From: Xylographa opegraphella
Taxonomy: Eukaryota
Length of the DNA stretch: 64,000 nt
Direction of reading: 5' to 3'
Assembly (NCBI GenBank): GCA_022813865.1
Contig: JALDZX010000005.1
Location: forward strand, 372,001 to 436,000
Shown: positions 48,635 through 61,831 of the stretch, piece after piece
Numbering within the stretch: position 1 is the stretch's first letter
How the letters are laid out: each line of letters opens with the position of its first letter
The notes under the pieces: model-generated
The model's input: only the letters and a program-made list of their open reading frames with translations
What the model was told of the DNA's origin: nothing
Databases searched by the model: none
Position numbers and translations under genes: made by a program

Positions 48635-50279
48635 CTACAACACCCTCCCATTCACTCCCTCGAACTCCCTCAGCCCCGCCAGCAATCGTCCGCCGACGAA
48701 TCCTTCCCCGTCGTCCTCGATCCCCTGCATCACCTCATCAGCACGTTGGTCTCGCAGCTTCGGATCGAGCATTCCGCGATCCATCGTTGTCGTCGTTGGC
48801 ATGCGGCCGTGGCCCAGCTCATCGTCTTCGTCGCCAGGCGCATCCATGAGATCGTCATCCGAGACGCCGTGTTGGGCCAGAGAATCTCCATTCAGTGACG
48901 GCTGATTGTACGGCGAAAGGCCGTTCAGCTGGATGGAAGCAATCGTAGAAGGTTGGGGAGGAGGGAGAGATTTTTGCTCGTTGCGACCGCTCTGGATGCG
49001 CGATTTCCACTTGTCTACCAGTTTGTCAAAGTCGAGCGACGTGTCGGCGCTGTTCTCGGTCACCATGGTCGCGGCTTCGCGGGACACTTCGAGTTGATTG
49101 GGAGGGAAGAGGAGGAATTCTCGTGGTTGTTGGCATTCGTTCAGACGCTCGAGTTGGAGACGGAGATTCGCGGCTTCTTGTTCGAGACGCGCAAGCTTGA
49201 TGTGAGTTTCTCCGTGTTCGTGTTGCTCGCGCGCGAAGGCGCGCATACTTTCTATATGCCACGTTTCTTGTTTTTCTGTTTCGGTAAGGTTGTCCCAGAT
49301 GTTGTACGCACTGGTAAGGTGGTCGTAATGTCGCTGCTCTTCCTCGACCTCGTCAAGAGGTGCAAGATCTTTGCTGTCGACGACTGACAGGTCTGCTGAA
49401 CTTTGTATCTCCGCCGCTCTGCGTTCCCTTCTCCACCATTGGACGTGCGTGCTTATGCGCTGACGGATAACCTCCAGCTGTTTCGGCCCAGGTACATCGA
49501 TAGGCCATGAGAGGGTGTTTGGTACGAGCCGAGAGTTAGATATGACGGTGGGGCTTGTAAGGCAGCGAAAGCACAGTGATGGAAACGATTCACCAAAAAA
49601 GTCGAACCGGAATGGAGCTCTTGGTGCAACGCGCGCACTGGGACATCAATCGCGTTAGTCACCAATGAACTATGTAGCATCGGGATAATACTCACTTTGC
49701 CGCCTTGACACTATCCAGCACCTCTTTCAATGCCAATTCTGCAGCACGCCCACGATCCCGCTCCTCCAGGGTCTTCTTTCTTTGTGCCATATCGACCTTG
49801 ACCGGCGGTCGTCGAGGTTGATCTCGTCTTGTATCATATCTACCGTCTCTAGTAGTAGGCGGTATGTCATTTATCACTCCTGTTGCTTCCCAACCCGCCC
49901 TATGTATCATTGTGATTGGAGGCCTGTCAGGCTGATCTCCGTTGGTGTAATGACGAGCAGCGGATGGCGATCGCTGATCGTGAGAAGGCGTTGGCTTGGT
50001 GCTAGAAGAGGTCGAGCCTTCGCGCTTCGAGGAAGATGTACGCGCCTGCCTTCGAGTGATGTTCCCTCTCGATCGGCGAATTTGCTCAATGTCATGTATG
50101 CCATCCGGGGGCTTGGGATTCTTGTCCTTGATAAAAAGGTCGAGGTGTCGGCCAAGAGAAGAAGATGTAAAGCTTGTATGACAGTAAGGACATGCTCTAT
50201 CTTTTGAGGCAGATGGTTTCGCAGGAGTTCCTGAGTCGGCGGTAGACCCAGGGGTGGCTATCGTAGTAATGTCCGCCAT
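48635..50279 (-). CDS. conserved fungal hypothetical protein (Zn-finger-like motif + coiled coil)
   Basis: CPYCHTSFTSSSLGRHLDLFIKDKNPKPPDGIHD, RGRAAELALKEV; intron 49695-49638 gives a continuous frame through FPSLC...W...QQPREF...KW. Confidence 0.85.
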
Positions 50280-50668
50280 ACCCTTCCTCCAAAGGCGCGC
50301 AGAAAGGTGCAGATGACTGTCTGGAAGCAATATAGACCAGGACGCACGCGCGTGTTCTGATGAAATTACAAACACCAACTAAGATGTCACGAAATAATTA
50401 ATACGTGCATATGCGGTGAGGTTACATGGAAGCTCGAGCTTGGAATTGGATGACCGGGCGGAATCTACTCCGGATTGGACTATAGCATTTAAGGCATAGC
50501 GTTAAAAATATGTACACAGTACCAGACCCCATTATTGTACCCAGATTACAAAAGAATAACACGAACGAGTGATTGACAATGAGAATATTACCGTGTACAT
50601 CTGATTTCGTCCTCATCCATGATCAGTTTTTCCAGGACAACTCGTGGGCGTGACAAAAGTTCGGACCG

Positions 50669-52665
50669 CTACAGCTTTTCTGAAGGTGCGGCATGACCGG
50701 AAGTGCCGCTGATTGCATTTCCGACATATTCCGCCATGGCGAGAACCTTTTCTTCTTGTAGCCTTCGGCCGATGAGCTGAACAGCGACGTGTGCTCCATC
50801 GTATATAGCGGCATCGTCTAGAAATACTATCAGCTTTACTAATTCCGAAAGTTCCAGTACTCGACGTACACAATTCCGCAATGCCCTTATCCTCATCACT
50901 CAGCGGTACGAAGTCTTTGTCCATGACGTCCGTACTCTGGTCGGCAGTGGTGACAGGTATTACACAGGACGGATAGTCAAGAAGGTTGACAAATGTCGAG
51001 TAGCCGTAGTATTTGTAACCTTTTGGTCGTGCTGCTGCAAAAGGTGCCAGAGGTGCAATTACGGCATCGATAGGGCGACCAGTACCTGTAAGTTCTTTCG
51101 TACCATTCCAGTACTCCATGTACTCCTTTTGGAACTCTCGTTTAGCAACATTGGTAGCAGAAATCTGGCTGGCATTCATCTGTTCCTGTGCCGCATCTCC
51201 ATAGGATTGCTTCACCTGATCTGCCATTGGCTCTCCAGAAAGGTTGAATGCACCATGAACATCATGGCCACCATCATAAGCCCAGGTAGTAAGCTATCGA
51301 CTACGTTAGATCGGTAATGTGGGCTGGGAACCTGACCTACCAGGATTTGATTGCCGCGCTTGTGAGATGGTGGATTCCACTTGACGACCTTGGTGAAAGA
51401 ATCAGCCTATTGATGAAGACATGTCCACGGTAGAGTCACCTTATGCCCTAATCTCTCGAGAGCTTCGACGACCATCTTCATTGCACGCCGTACCGGAGGA
51501 TGGGGCGTGACGACTCCATCACTTTCTATAATACCGAACGTCAACCCTCCCTTTCCACTGGTTCCAGGTGAGATAAGATCAAATATTTGTTGTTCCTGTT
51601 CTTCTCGCCAAGGAATCTCGTGAACCAGCGGGTCGTGTAACCATGGCTGTTGAGAAAGTAGAGACTTCATTGCCAATCGCAGGCCTCCGACAGTAGACGA
51701 CAACGGGCCAACAACCGACAGAACCGTGTTTTGTCCGTCCATTGAATTCGCCATGCCTTCGTAAGGCATCCTCCCTGATGAAGGCCTGATACCATACAAT
51801 CCACAGAATGCAGCAGGAATCCGAATACTTCCTCCGATATCAGTTCCGAATCCTAACGGGGAGCCCTTCATTCCAATTAAGGCTCCTTCACCACCGGAGC
51901 TACCACCACAGCTCAGATTTCGGTTCTTCGGATTCCATGTATAGCCGATGATGTTGTTAACCGTCTCTCCAGACATGAGTGTATGGGGAACACTAGTCTT
52001 GCAATACAAGACAGCTCCTAGCGCGCGGAGTTCACGGACCATTTCACTCTCGAAAACCTTCTCGCGGCCTGTGCCTTTTTCGCCTTGAAATGTGCCCATC
52101 CAGCCGACGTAGCCCTAGCACGAATGAGCGCTTTCAATGGAATGAGCCCACCAATCGAACCTACCATTGTCGTCTCCACTCCTTTGACATGGAACTGGTC
52201 CTTTAGGCTTATAGGTAGGCCGTGCAGTGGTCCGATAGGAGCCTTGTGCTCTGCGTAGTATGCGTCAAGCGCTTTCGCGCTTTCGATTGCCGCATCGAAG
52301 AAGATCTCGTGTAAGCAGTTGACCTGGTAGGGTGTCAGATTTCCTGCATCCAAGGCGACGAGAATGATATCTTGTCATCGTACAATTTGGTGCGCCAACG
52401 AGGCTCTATGGCAAAATGCCTTTGTGACTTCTTCCGCAGTCCAGTCTCCTGTAGTCGTATGCTTCACGATTTCGGTGGCATTGGCTTCGGTGATCTCTAT
52501 CTCGCGGTCGGAGAGATACTGCCAAAGGAACTTGCCGGTCAAATCGCGCTGCTTCTCCGGAGATGGAACGGGCTCTTTCAGACGCCAGGATTCAGGAATC
52601 AAACTATCCAACGATTCGCGTTTGGCAGTCGCCTTTTCCCGCCAGGATTCTGTTGTGGTTGCCAT
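50669..52665 (-). CDS. amidase signature family enzyme (acetamidase-like)
   Basis: AFCHRA, GPLHGLPISLKDQF (catalytic Lys), GGSSGGEG, GTDIGGSIRIP (Ser-cisSer), NLLDYP, VQLIGRRLQEEK; multi-exon. Confidence 0.93.
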
Positions 52666-53022
52666 CTTCGTGCTATGGGAACAGAATATTGAAGGTGGAA
52701 CAATGCGGAATGCCCGACAACTGCGCAAAACTGGTTGGCCATGGTGTAATCTCCAAGCCTGGGCTTGACAGCTTCCTAATTCCACAATGACGATATGTCT
52801 GGATTGGCATTCACCACGATGGTGGGGCCGCAGCGGTCCTAGCCCGCACTATACCCTGGAGCGGGGGTTTAGCCGAACGCTGGCGATAGTCGATCTCGAG
52901 ATACCGACAACTCCAACCACGGCCTGCCTTTTCTGTGACGTTTGCAAACTCGCCGCACTCGCAGCCACGTGTCGCGATAGCCGAGCAGAATGATGACTAA
53001 CGGCATGGTCTGATGCACAACG

Positions 53023-54168
53023 TCAATCACTCATTTGTCGTACGTTCAAGTTGATGCGCTTGGTGGCCATCCATCCTCGCCATGCTTCCCGTCCATTGGG
53101 TGCCTGTCGCACATTGCCTTCCTCTTCAGGCTCCTCCGAGAATGCTGGCCAAGAGTGCAACCACTTCGGGCATGTGCCTGGGATTACCTGGGGAATCCCG
53201 TGCCAGACATAACGGCTCGGTCCGCTCATGTAGACAGCGTCGCCTGACCGAAGCCGAAGAATCATGGAACGAGCGCTCGCATCTCTTTCATCGTGCATAC
53301 CCACCACGAAAATGCCGTCGCAGCCAAGGCTGATACTCACAAGTCCTCGGTCCGAGTCCTCACTCACGTCTCGGTGCAGACTTAACGTGTCCCCTGGACT
53401 ATAGATGTTCACAATGGCCGCTTCCGGAGTCATGTCGGGAAACAGCTGGTGGACTAGATTGCCTATGTCATCTGGGAATGGGGGTGGCGTTTCTTGCGGA
53501 TATACCTTGTGTGTCCAGTCATATTGGCCGCCAAGTGTGATCCAGCGCAGCTTCTTGCAAAGAAATTGTGTGATTGTGATGGGCTTGTGCTCTTTCGGAG
53601 ACACTGGGCGAAATGTATGCAGGCATTGGGGATGGCAGTTGAAAAAGGATGCACCATCTTCACTGGGTTGACTTTCGGTTGATGCTCTCTTGTCAGGATT
53701 GAACCTTGATAATTCATATGGTACATGATAGTGGGTGTGAATGTTGGTCTTGTGCCGTGGATTTGCCAGTTCTCTGTGCAAAAGCCGTGATAGTAGGCTC
53801 AATTGCACCTTACATGAAAGTAATTTAGGAATGATTTTAATGCCTATTCAATATAAGAAAATAATATTCCAGTATTCGATGTCAACTAGCCCACCAGGGA
53901 AATCGCAGTGCTCAAAAATGTCGACGAACGAAGACACAGAAACATCGCTTGTACTACTGAATAGCTCAGTAGAGTTTTCTGACAGAACAGGAGAGGCAAT
54001 GGTCCGGAGAATGCGGATAGATTGTGTGAATACGTTTCCACGCGTGAAATCAATAACATCCGGATCTTTCTCTAACGTGCCTATGGGTATCTTTTGATAT
54101 TTCTTGAACACGGTACGAAGGTCTTCTGGAGGCTTCTGATTAGCCTCAGGCTTCTTAGTCGACGGCAT
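53023..54168 (-). CDS. AlkB-family 2OG-Fe(II) dioxygenase (ALKBH1/Abh1-like)
   Basis: KLRWITLGGQYDW, EAAIVNIYS, HRD, SISLG, LRSGD, WHG, RINLNVRQ; intron 53894-53844. Confidence 0.9.
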
Positions 54169-54573
54169 TTGTTGCTTATTCGAGGAACAAACACAACCAA
54201 TCAATCACACAGTGAAAGAGATGAAGAGCACCAAAATATTGGAGCAACGCGGGATCCGGAAGAAATATATCCCTAGCGCCCAATCTCCTGCTCTTCCCCC
54301 CTAGGCTGTTTACTTTCCTTGTCGCTGTGATAGGTGGATTGTCTAATATTGAGCTCTGAAGCCAACACACCATTCGTTCACATCAATCGCCAACTCCCCG
54401 TAGCGTCGTTCATTTTGAAACGATACTCTATCGTCCTGAACTAAAAGGAAGTAGGAATGCTGTCCTGATCGCCAACAGAACCTAACCCAGAACCACAACA
54501 ATCAATCGAATCACCCCGGACAATATTGACATCATACTGTATCGACGAAACAGAGCCGATCGAGAATCTAGCC

Positions 54574-55743
54574 ATGGAGAATTACCAGAAGATCGAGAAG
54601 ATCGGCGAAGGTTAGAACCATGCACGGCATATTTCGCGACTTCTTGAAGCTTCGGCAATAACAGCAATGGGCTGATGATACTAGGTACTTACGGGGTCGT
54701 ATACAAAGCCCGGGACCTTACACATCCGACGCGTATCGTTGCTCTGAAGAAGATTCGACTGGAGGCCGAAGATGAGGGAGTTCCCAGTACGGCGATCCGA
54801 GAGATATCTCTGTTGAAGGAGATGCAAGATCCCAACATTGTGCGACTTCTGAATATTGTCCACGCCGACGGCCATAAACTGTATCTCGTCTTCGAATTCC
54901 TGGACTTGGACCTGAAGAAATACATGGAAGCTCTTCCAGTGAGTGATGGGGGTCGGGGAAAGGCCCTGCCTGAAGGCTCGGGACCAGATTTGGGAAGGTT
55001 GGGTCTTGGAGATAACATGGTGAAGAAGTTTATGAGCCAGCTGGTGGAGGGTGTTCGATACTGCCACAGCCACCGCGTGCTCCACCGGGACCTGAAGCCT
55101 CAAAATCTGTTGATTGATCGGGATGGCAATCTGAAATTGGCAGATTTCGGATTGGCTCGTGCCTTTGGTGTGCCTCTACGTACCTACACTCACGAGGTTG
55201 ATCACTCCCTAGGAGCACTCAGTACTTGGGCCGGCTAACCCTCGCCTAGGTCGTCACACTGTGGTATAGATCACCCGAGATACTTCTTGGTGGTCGACAA
55301 TATTCGACGGGGGTAGACATGTGGTCAGTGGGATGTATTTTCGCTGAGATGTGCACACGAAAACCATTGTTTCCTGGTGACTCCGAAATTGATGAGATCT
55401 TCAAGATCTTCAAGTATGTAGATGCTGGAGATCGGCGACATCGTTGGTCGCATGAGCTAATCGCATTGCCAGATTACTCGGAACTCCCGACGAGCAAGCT
55501 TGGCCGGGTGTCACATCCTTCCCTGACTTCAAAAGCTCCTTTCCCAAATGGTCTCGTGATTTCTCCAAACCCCTCGTGTCGGGTCTGGAGGAGAACGGTC
55601 TCGACCTGCTCAACGGCCTGCTCGTCTATGATCCAGCGGGGCGCATCTCAGCCAAGCAAGCGTGCATCCATCCATATTTCGAACTGGGTAGCAGCGCGTA
55701 CTCTGGACGTGGAGTGCCTAGCAAGGTCAATGGATTTCATTGA
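54574..55743 (+). CDS. cdc28: cyclin-dependent kinase 1 (Cdc28/Cdc2/NimX)
   Basis: [59 protein letters not shown]. Introns 54611-54684, 55197-55249, 55414-55472. Confidence 0.98.
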
Positions 55744-56955
55744 GAGAATCTCCATGCACACGGGCATCTCCATGACGATAGGTCCTATGGCGTTACGATA
55801 GCACCACGCATGATTGGCACTCATATTTTATATGCATCGGGTTTTTGTTCTGGCGAACATGTACTACATGAAGATCGGCTCTTCCGGCTTTGCATTGCGA
55901 AACGGTGGCTGAACTTTGGATCAGGAGAGGATTGGCTACACCTTGGCGTTTGGCTGACAAGGGGCATTACGGCGAGTATCTAGCTTGATGAACCTGAGGC
56001 AGAAGACTTCTGACAACATATGCGTGCAACGTGAACTCTCCAATGCTTTTTGCCCGTAATCGTGGTGCCGGTAAACCGCGATCCTGCAGGAGCGCGACAC
56101 AGCTTTTCATCCAATGTCATTATGCATAAAATCAGCCAGATGGAGCTCCGTCATTCTCCCTATGCACCACCGCTGCTCGACTCAGCCCATGCCGTAAGCG
56201 CGGAGGAAAGTTCCCAGCGTAGCGTCTCCGTTAGCGCGCACGGCTACGGCTACAGACAGTTTTTTTGTTCAGCTGGTTTTGGGGCCAAAACCGTGGCACT
56301 CGTTAGCTTCTCCACGCCCGAACGCCCCGTTTCGTGTCTCAACCACTGGGAAGCACGGCGTTCCCGATCGTCCAGCCTCTAAACCGGAAATCTGTCGTCT
56401 GCAGGACCGGACACCTTCTTTGCTTGGAGGCTCCCCCAATGAGATAGAGTCGTTCATCAAGGGTGCGGCTGTTGAGCCGCACTGGCTCCCGCTATGCTTG
56501 AGCACATCAATGGGCTGATGTTAGGACGGTAGGGCGTAGTTTTTAGCTTCTTCAGCGACGGCCTCTATAAGACGTCGGCGGACTTCCTTTGGAGTTTCTT
56601 TGAGCTTCCCTCTCAATCTTTCTAGTGTAGCTTACATGATTCTCTTTTCTTGCTGGCTCTGAACATTTGCCTGGTGTGATTTGGTAGGTCGAGCAATCCC
56701 GGCTTCAAGGTTCTACTCTCAAACAGGCCTCGCGTTCTCGGTTGGTCATCGTGAGCTTGTCACTATCACCGCGGAGAATCAAGTTCAGTTGCTGGGACGT
56801 TCTCACACACTTCCACTCTCAAATACTTCTAGTCGTGGCGGTTGGTTGAATAAATCCTTTTGACATGATCACTGGTTGCATTTGACGGTACTACGACGGC
56901 CATTGGCAGGATAGCCGCCAGATTTCCTCGAACAAACACATAAGCAGCCTTGGAC

Positions 56956-59900
56956 ATGGATAATGGAGAACCAGACAGAGCTCCTGAAACTTATTCAGAG
57001 CGTCCCACTGGGCGGAAGAAGCACAGAAGGCCCAAATATGAATCTCCGCAGCAGACCGTCAACAAGTTTTGGGATATATTTACCACAAATTTCCCTGGCA
57101 GAGTAGACAGAATCCTCCCAGATAATGTCTATGCAAAATCCAAAGCAGCCACCGAGCCGAAAGGCGTTGTTCATGGTCAGGCTGCTCTCAAATCATACGA
57201 AGAGACAAAGGCAGAATGTATCCGGGCTGTGGACAAGATCGCCAAGGAGTGTAGAAGAGTGAACATGAGATATCGTGATCCGCACTTCGACATAGAGTTC
57301 GACCTGAAGCAGAACAAGAACGACTGCTTGCAGGGTCTGGTTTCCGGGAATAGCGCACCGTTACTACCTCAATCGGTCAAGCGTGTAAATGTCAGTTGCC
57401 ACAGCGCTATAACAGCCTTGCTTCCGATTGGCTGATACTTCTGCAGGATATCTTCGAGGATCCTCAATTTACGGTGGACGACGCAACAGCCAGTGATGTT
57501 CGACAAGGGAATGACGGAGATTGCTGGTTTCTTTCTGCGCTATGTGCGATTGGCAACAAAAAGGGTCTCATTGATAGGGTATGTGTAGCCAAGGACGAAC
57601 TTGTTGGCGTGTATGGATTTGTATTTCATAGAGGTAGGTATCCGTTCATTTCCAACTAAGAAAACCGCTGATCAAGTAGATGGCGAATGGACTTACACTG
57701 TCATCGATGATAAACTCTACCTCAACTCGAGCGACTACAATGAAAGTCAGCTTGAGAAATTCAGTTGGGATCAAGTTTTCAACCGTCAAGATGCTGAAGA
57801 AGAGTATCGAAAAGCGTTTCAAACAGGCTCACGTGCCCTTTACTTTGCACAATGCAGCAACGAGCACGAAACATGGTTACCGCTGCTAGAGAAGGCATTC
57901 GCAAAAGCACACGGTGACTATGAGGCCATCAACGGTGGATTTACTGGGTTGGTGGGCTCTTGACCTCATCTACTAGCTGCTAACAATCTACAGCGAAGCT
58001 ATCGAAGACCTCACCGGTGGTGTCACCACCGAGCTCTTCACAACGGATATTCTGGATAAGGAAAAGTTCTGGAAGGATGAGCTGCTGAAGGTCAACGACG
58101 AATTCTTGTTCGGGTGTGCCACTGGATGCTTTGACGATTGGAAAGGGGGAGCGCAGCAAACAGATCGAAAAGGCGTTGTCGCCATGCACGCTTATTCGAT
58201 AATGGAAGCAAGAGAAGTCAATGGCGAGAGGCTTGTCAAAATCAGGTATTCATAGTGCCCAGGGACATCCCTTCGATTTATCTTACAAATGTTAGGAATC
58301 CCTGGGGTAAGATGGAATGGCAAGGTGCCTGGAGCGATGGTTCTAGCGAATGGACCCCTGAATGGATGCAATTGCTCAACCACAGATTTGGAAATGACGG
58401 GGTATGTTTGTTGTGTCTTGGTAAACAATCTATCGCTGACTTTACCCAGATATTCTGGATCTCGTACAAGGATTTGCTACGGAGATATCAAAGCTTTGAT
58501 CGAACGCGGCTTTTTGGCGATGACTGGACAGTCACACAGCAGTGGACTACTGTCGATGTGCCCTGGACAGCCGATTACAATGATACAAAGTTTGTGATCA
58601 AACTCGAGAAGAAAGGCCCCATTGTCATTGTCTTGTCCCAGGTAAAGTCAGCTTTGCCGCACAAGCGTTCGACATCACTAACATATCACAGCTTGATGAT
58701 CGCTACTTCCGAGGACTTCAGGGTCAATATGACTTCTCTCTCCACTTTCGACTTGACAAGTACGGGGAAGATGACTATATCGTACGCAGTCATGGCAATT
58801 ATCTTATGAATCGCTCCGTTAGCACAGACCTAGAGCTTGAGCCGGGCGTGTACTCCGTCCTTATGAAAATCACTGCCAGACGTTTCTCAAGCTTAGCAAA
58901 ACCTGAGGAGGTCTTAAGGTACAGCTGTAAAGTCCGACAAGAAAAGCTCCTACAAATCGGACTTGCATACGATCTCGCTCACGCCCGAGGTCAAGTTAAG
59001 GAGACGGAAGATGAAAAGGAACGGAAAGCGGAGCTAAAAGAAAAGGCCAGAGCAGCGGCGAGACAGCAACAACGTGAAGAATTTACAAAATTCAAATACA
59101 AGAAGTGGCAGATATTTCAGCGGACCAAGGAGCGGAACAAACGCCATCAGGCACGATTAGAGGAACATCAGCGCAAGAAAGCCGAAGCCGCCGCTGCCGA
59201 GCGTCGGCTCCAGGTGGAACGAGACTATAAAGAATTCATCCTTGCCCAAGAAGCAGAGCCGCGCACAATAGCGCAGGACACTCCTCAAGCTGCCAGCTCG
59301 CAGCTCGGAGAGATCGCAACCCCATCGCAGACCCCTATTGGCCGAACTCCCGAAACGATACCCGAAGAGAGCACCACAGGAGAGCAACCACCTGCCACGG
59401 TTTCCTTGCCCTCGCCTCCAGCGGAGAATGCTGAACCACCTCTCACTCTCTCACGCAACCGACCAAGCCAGAATCACACGGCCCAAGATAAGATCGACGA
59501 GTTCAACAACGACCTCAGCGCCATCCCCTCGGCACGCATCAACTCCACGCCAGCGGACGGCGCCCCCCCTCCCGCCTCCATGGGCGCCCCTCCGACCACC
59601 GCCTCCGTATCTGACGCCGACACCCTCAGCTCCTTCGACGACTCCGTCGACTCGCTACTCGATCTGGACTCCCTCCCTGACTCTTCCGGCGCGCCGCCCG
59701 ACGCTGAGCCGACGCCCGGGCGTAAGTATGCGAGCGACGAGGAGGACGAAAGCGAGGACGAGAACGCGGAGTTTGCAGCCGATCCGTGGAACGCGGTGTG
59801 CGTGGTGGGCTTGAGGGTGTTTAGCAAGGATAAGGGTGTTACTGTGGCGGTTGTGAGGCCGAAGGTGGGGAATGAGGAGGGGGAGACGAAATTGGATGTT

Positions 59901-60026
59901 GATGATCCGAGTAAGGGGGTGGCGGAGGAGGGACCGGTGGGCGAGGGCGAGGGCGAGGGGGAGGGGGTGGAAGTGGTCGAGGGGCTGGAGAAGGAGTTGC
60001 AGGAGGGGAGGGTGGAGGGCGTGTGA
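56956..60026 (+). CDS. fungal calpain-like cysteine protease
   Basis: YRDPHFD, QGNDGDCWFL (Cys), WLPLLEKAFAK, EDLTGG, HAYSI (His), RNPWG (Asn), DPWNAVCVVGLRV; multi-exon. Confidence 0.93.
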
Positions 60027-60518
60027 TTGGGTGTGGGTCTTGTGGAGGATATCGGGCTTGTGGGGAGAATGGTGCTGACACGGAAGGCAAAATTCGGGCT
60101 TGAAGCGATTGAATGATCATTCTGGTTGTCGTTATAAATCTACGCTCAAATCATTTCTTTACCAGGCTCTGCTCCTCCGTAGCCGATCATGTTTCGAGTA
60201 CGGTGTCACACCTTCGAGGTGCCCCGACCATGTGTACGGATCCCTCGTGCACAGATTGGCATAGACAACGATCAACCACGGTCCCATTCCTTTCTTGTCC
60301 AGACCCTCGTCGTGGGTGTCATATTCGCTTCCATAATCCATCCTTGAGTCCGGCCAGAGCATGAGCTTTCCAGCGGGGACCGTTGCTTACCCATCACAAA
60401 TCGGTCGTCTCTGAGCGACTTCTGAGGAACTATGAAACGAGATTCTACTTGATATTGTTCCCCAGGGTATGTCACCACGCCTTTCGTTACCTAGCCTCCC
60501 CCTATCGAGCCATCCACC

Positions 60519-61831
60519 TCACGCCCCAGGTCCCAACGTCTCGGCGACCCACCTCCCCACACTCACCAGCTGCTCCTCGCCCCACAACCCCTCCCCCTCC
60601 CCTTCCCACACCTCCACATTCTCCACCCCCGCTCCCTCCTCTCCCCCCTCCGCCATCTCCACTCCCGCCTTCCCCCCAGCCCCCCTCCCCCCATACAGCG
60701 CCCAACTCCTCCCCATCGCCTCCGCCAGCTCCACGCCCTGATCCCTCAGCACACTATGCCGCCCGACATCGATCCTCGAGCGCGGCAGCACGAGCGCGGA
60801 GCCGAGGGGCGGGTAGCGCAGGTGCGCGCGGCGCGGTTTGAGAAACGCCGTCACGGCGGCTGGGGAGGCGGCGGGGGCGCTGGGAAGGAAGTGGTTGAAG
60901 AGCGCGCTCGCGGCCGGTGGCTGCGGGATGGCGCTGCTCGCGCTGCGGAAGAAGAGCAGCGGCGAGGCGAAGGGGTCGTGGTAATGCTCCGGCGTAGCGA
61001 AGAGGGCGGCGCGCGCGAGGAGGAGGGCGGATGCTGGGAGGAGGAGTCCGCAGTCGTGGGTGCGCCAGGAGTCCGCGGGCGGGGGTTTCTTCCTGCGGCT
61101 TTTGGCGCGCGTGGCTGCGGTGCTTGGATCTTTATCCGCAGGCGGCGCTGCGTCGTCCGCGTTGCTGCTGTCGATGGCGTACATCGCCGTCCAATCCACC
61201 ACGGGGCTCCCCAGCACCAGCGCCCTGACGCCGCCGTGCTTGCTCGCGTGGCACTCCGTCAGCGCGAGCATGGCGCCCAGGCTACCTCCGATCAGCTCGC
61301 CGCACACGGCCACGGGTGCGGATCGCGCGCGTGCGCTTTGCCAGCCGTTGTGGGCGGCGGAGCCGCGCACGAGGTGTTTCACCACCCAGTCGTAGCCGGT
61401 GGCGACGTCGTGGATGGGTGTCGGGTATGGGTGTGAGAAGGGGGAGAGGCGGTATTCGACCGAGACGACGGTGGCGTTGGCGGAGAGGGCGAGGGGCGAG
61501 AGGGAGGGGGGTGAGGTGGTAGGGGGGAGGAGGGGCCCGCGGGGGAGGTGGATGAGGATGGGGCAGAGGGCGGAGGGACGGGGTGGGTGGTGGATGCTGG
61601 ATGGGAGGGAGGTTGTTAGTAAGATGTGGGAGAAAGGTGGTTGCGTGGAAAGACGTACGTGAGTGAGATGCTGCCGTTCCAGCCGACGGGTACGAGGGCT
61701 TGCGTCGTTGGGGGGGGGAGGAGGGTGGAGAAGGGGCTGGTGGAGGGGTGGGGTGGGAGGCGGTTGAGGAGGGCTCTGCTCTGCTGGGGTCTGAGGAGGG
61801 GGATGGGTTGTTTGGGGAGATGTGGGCGCAT
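60519..61831 (-). CDS. alpha/beta hydrolase fold-3 protein, probably catalytically altered
   Basis: Exon 61831-61659 (Arg/Leu/Pro-rich, acid-free presequence-like), intron 61658-61597, then VEYRLS, YPTPIHDVATGYDW, GELIGGSLG, DPFASPLLFFR, LRDQGVELA. Confidence 0.85.
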
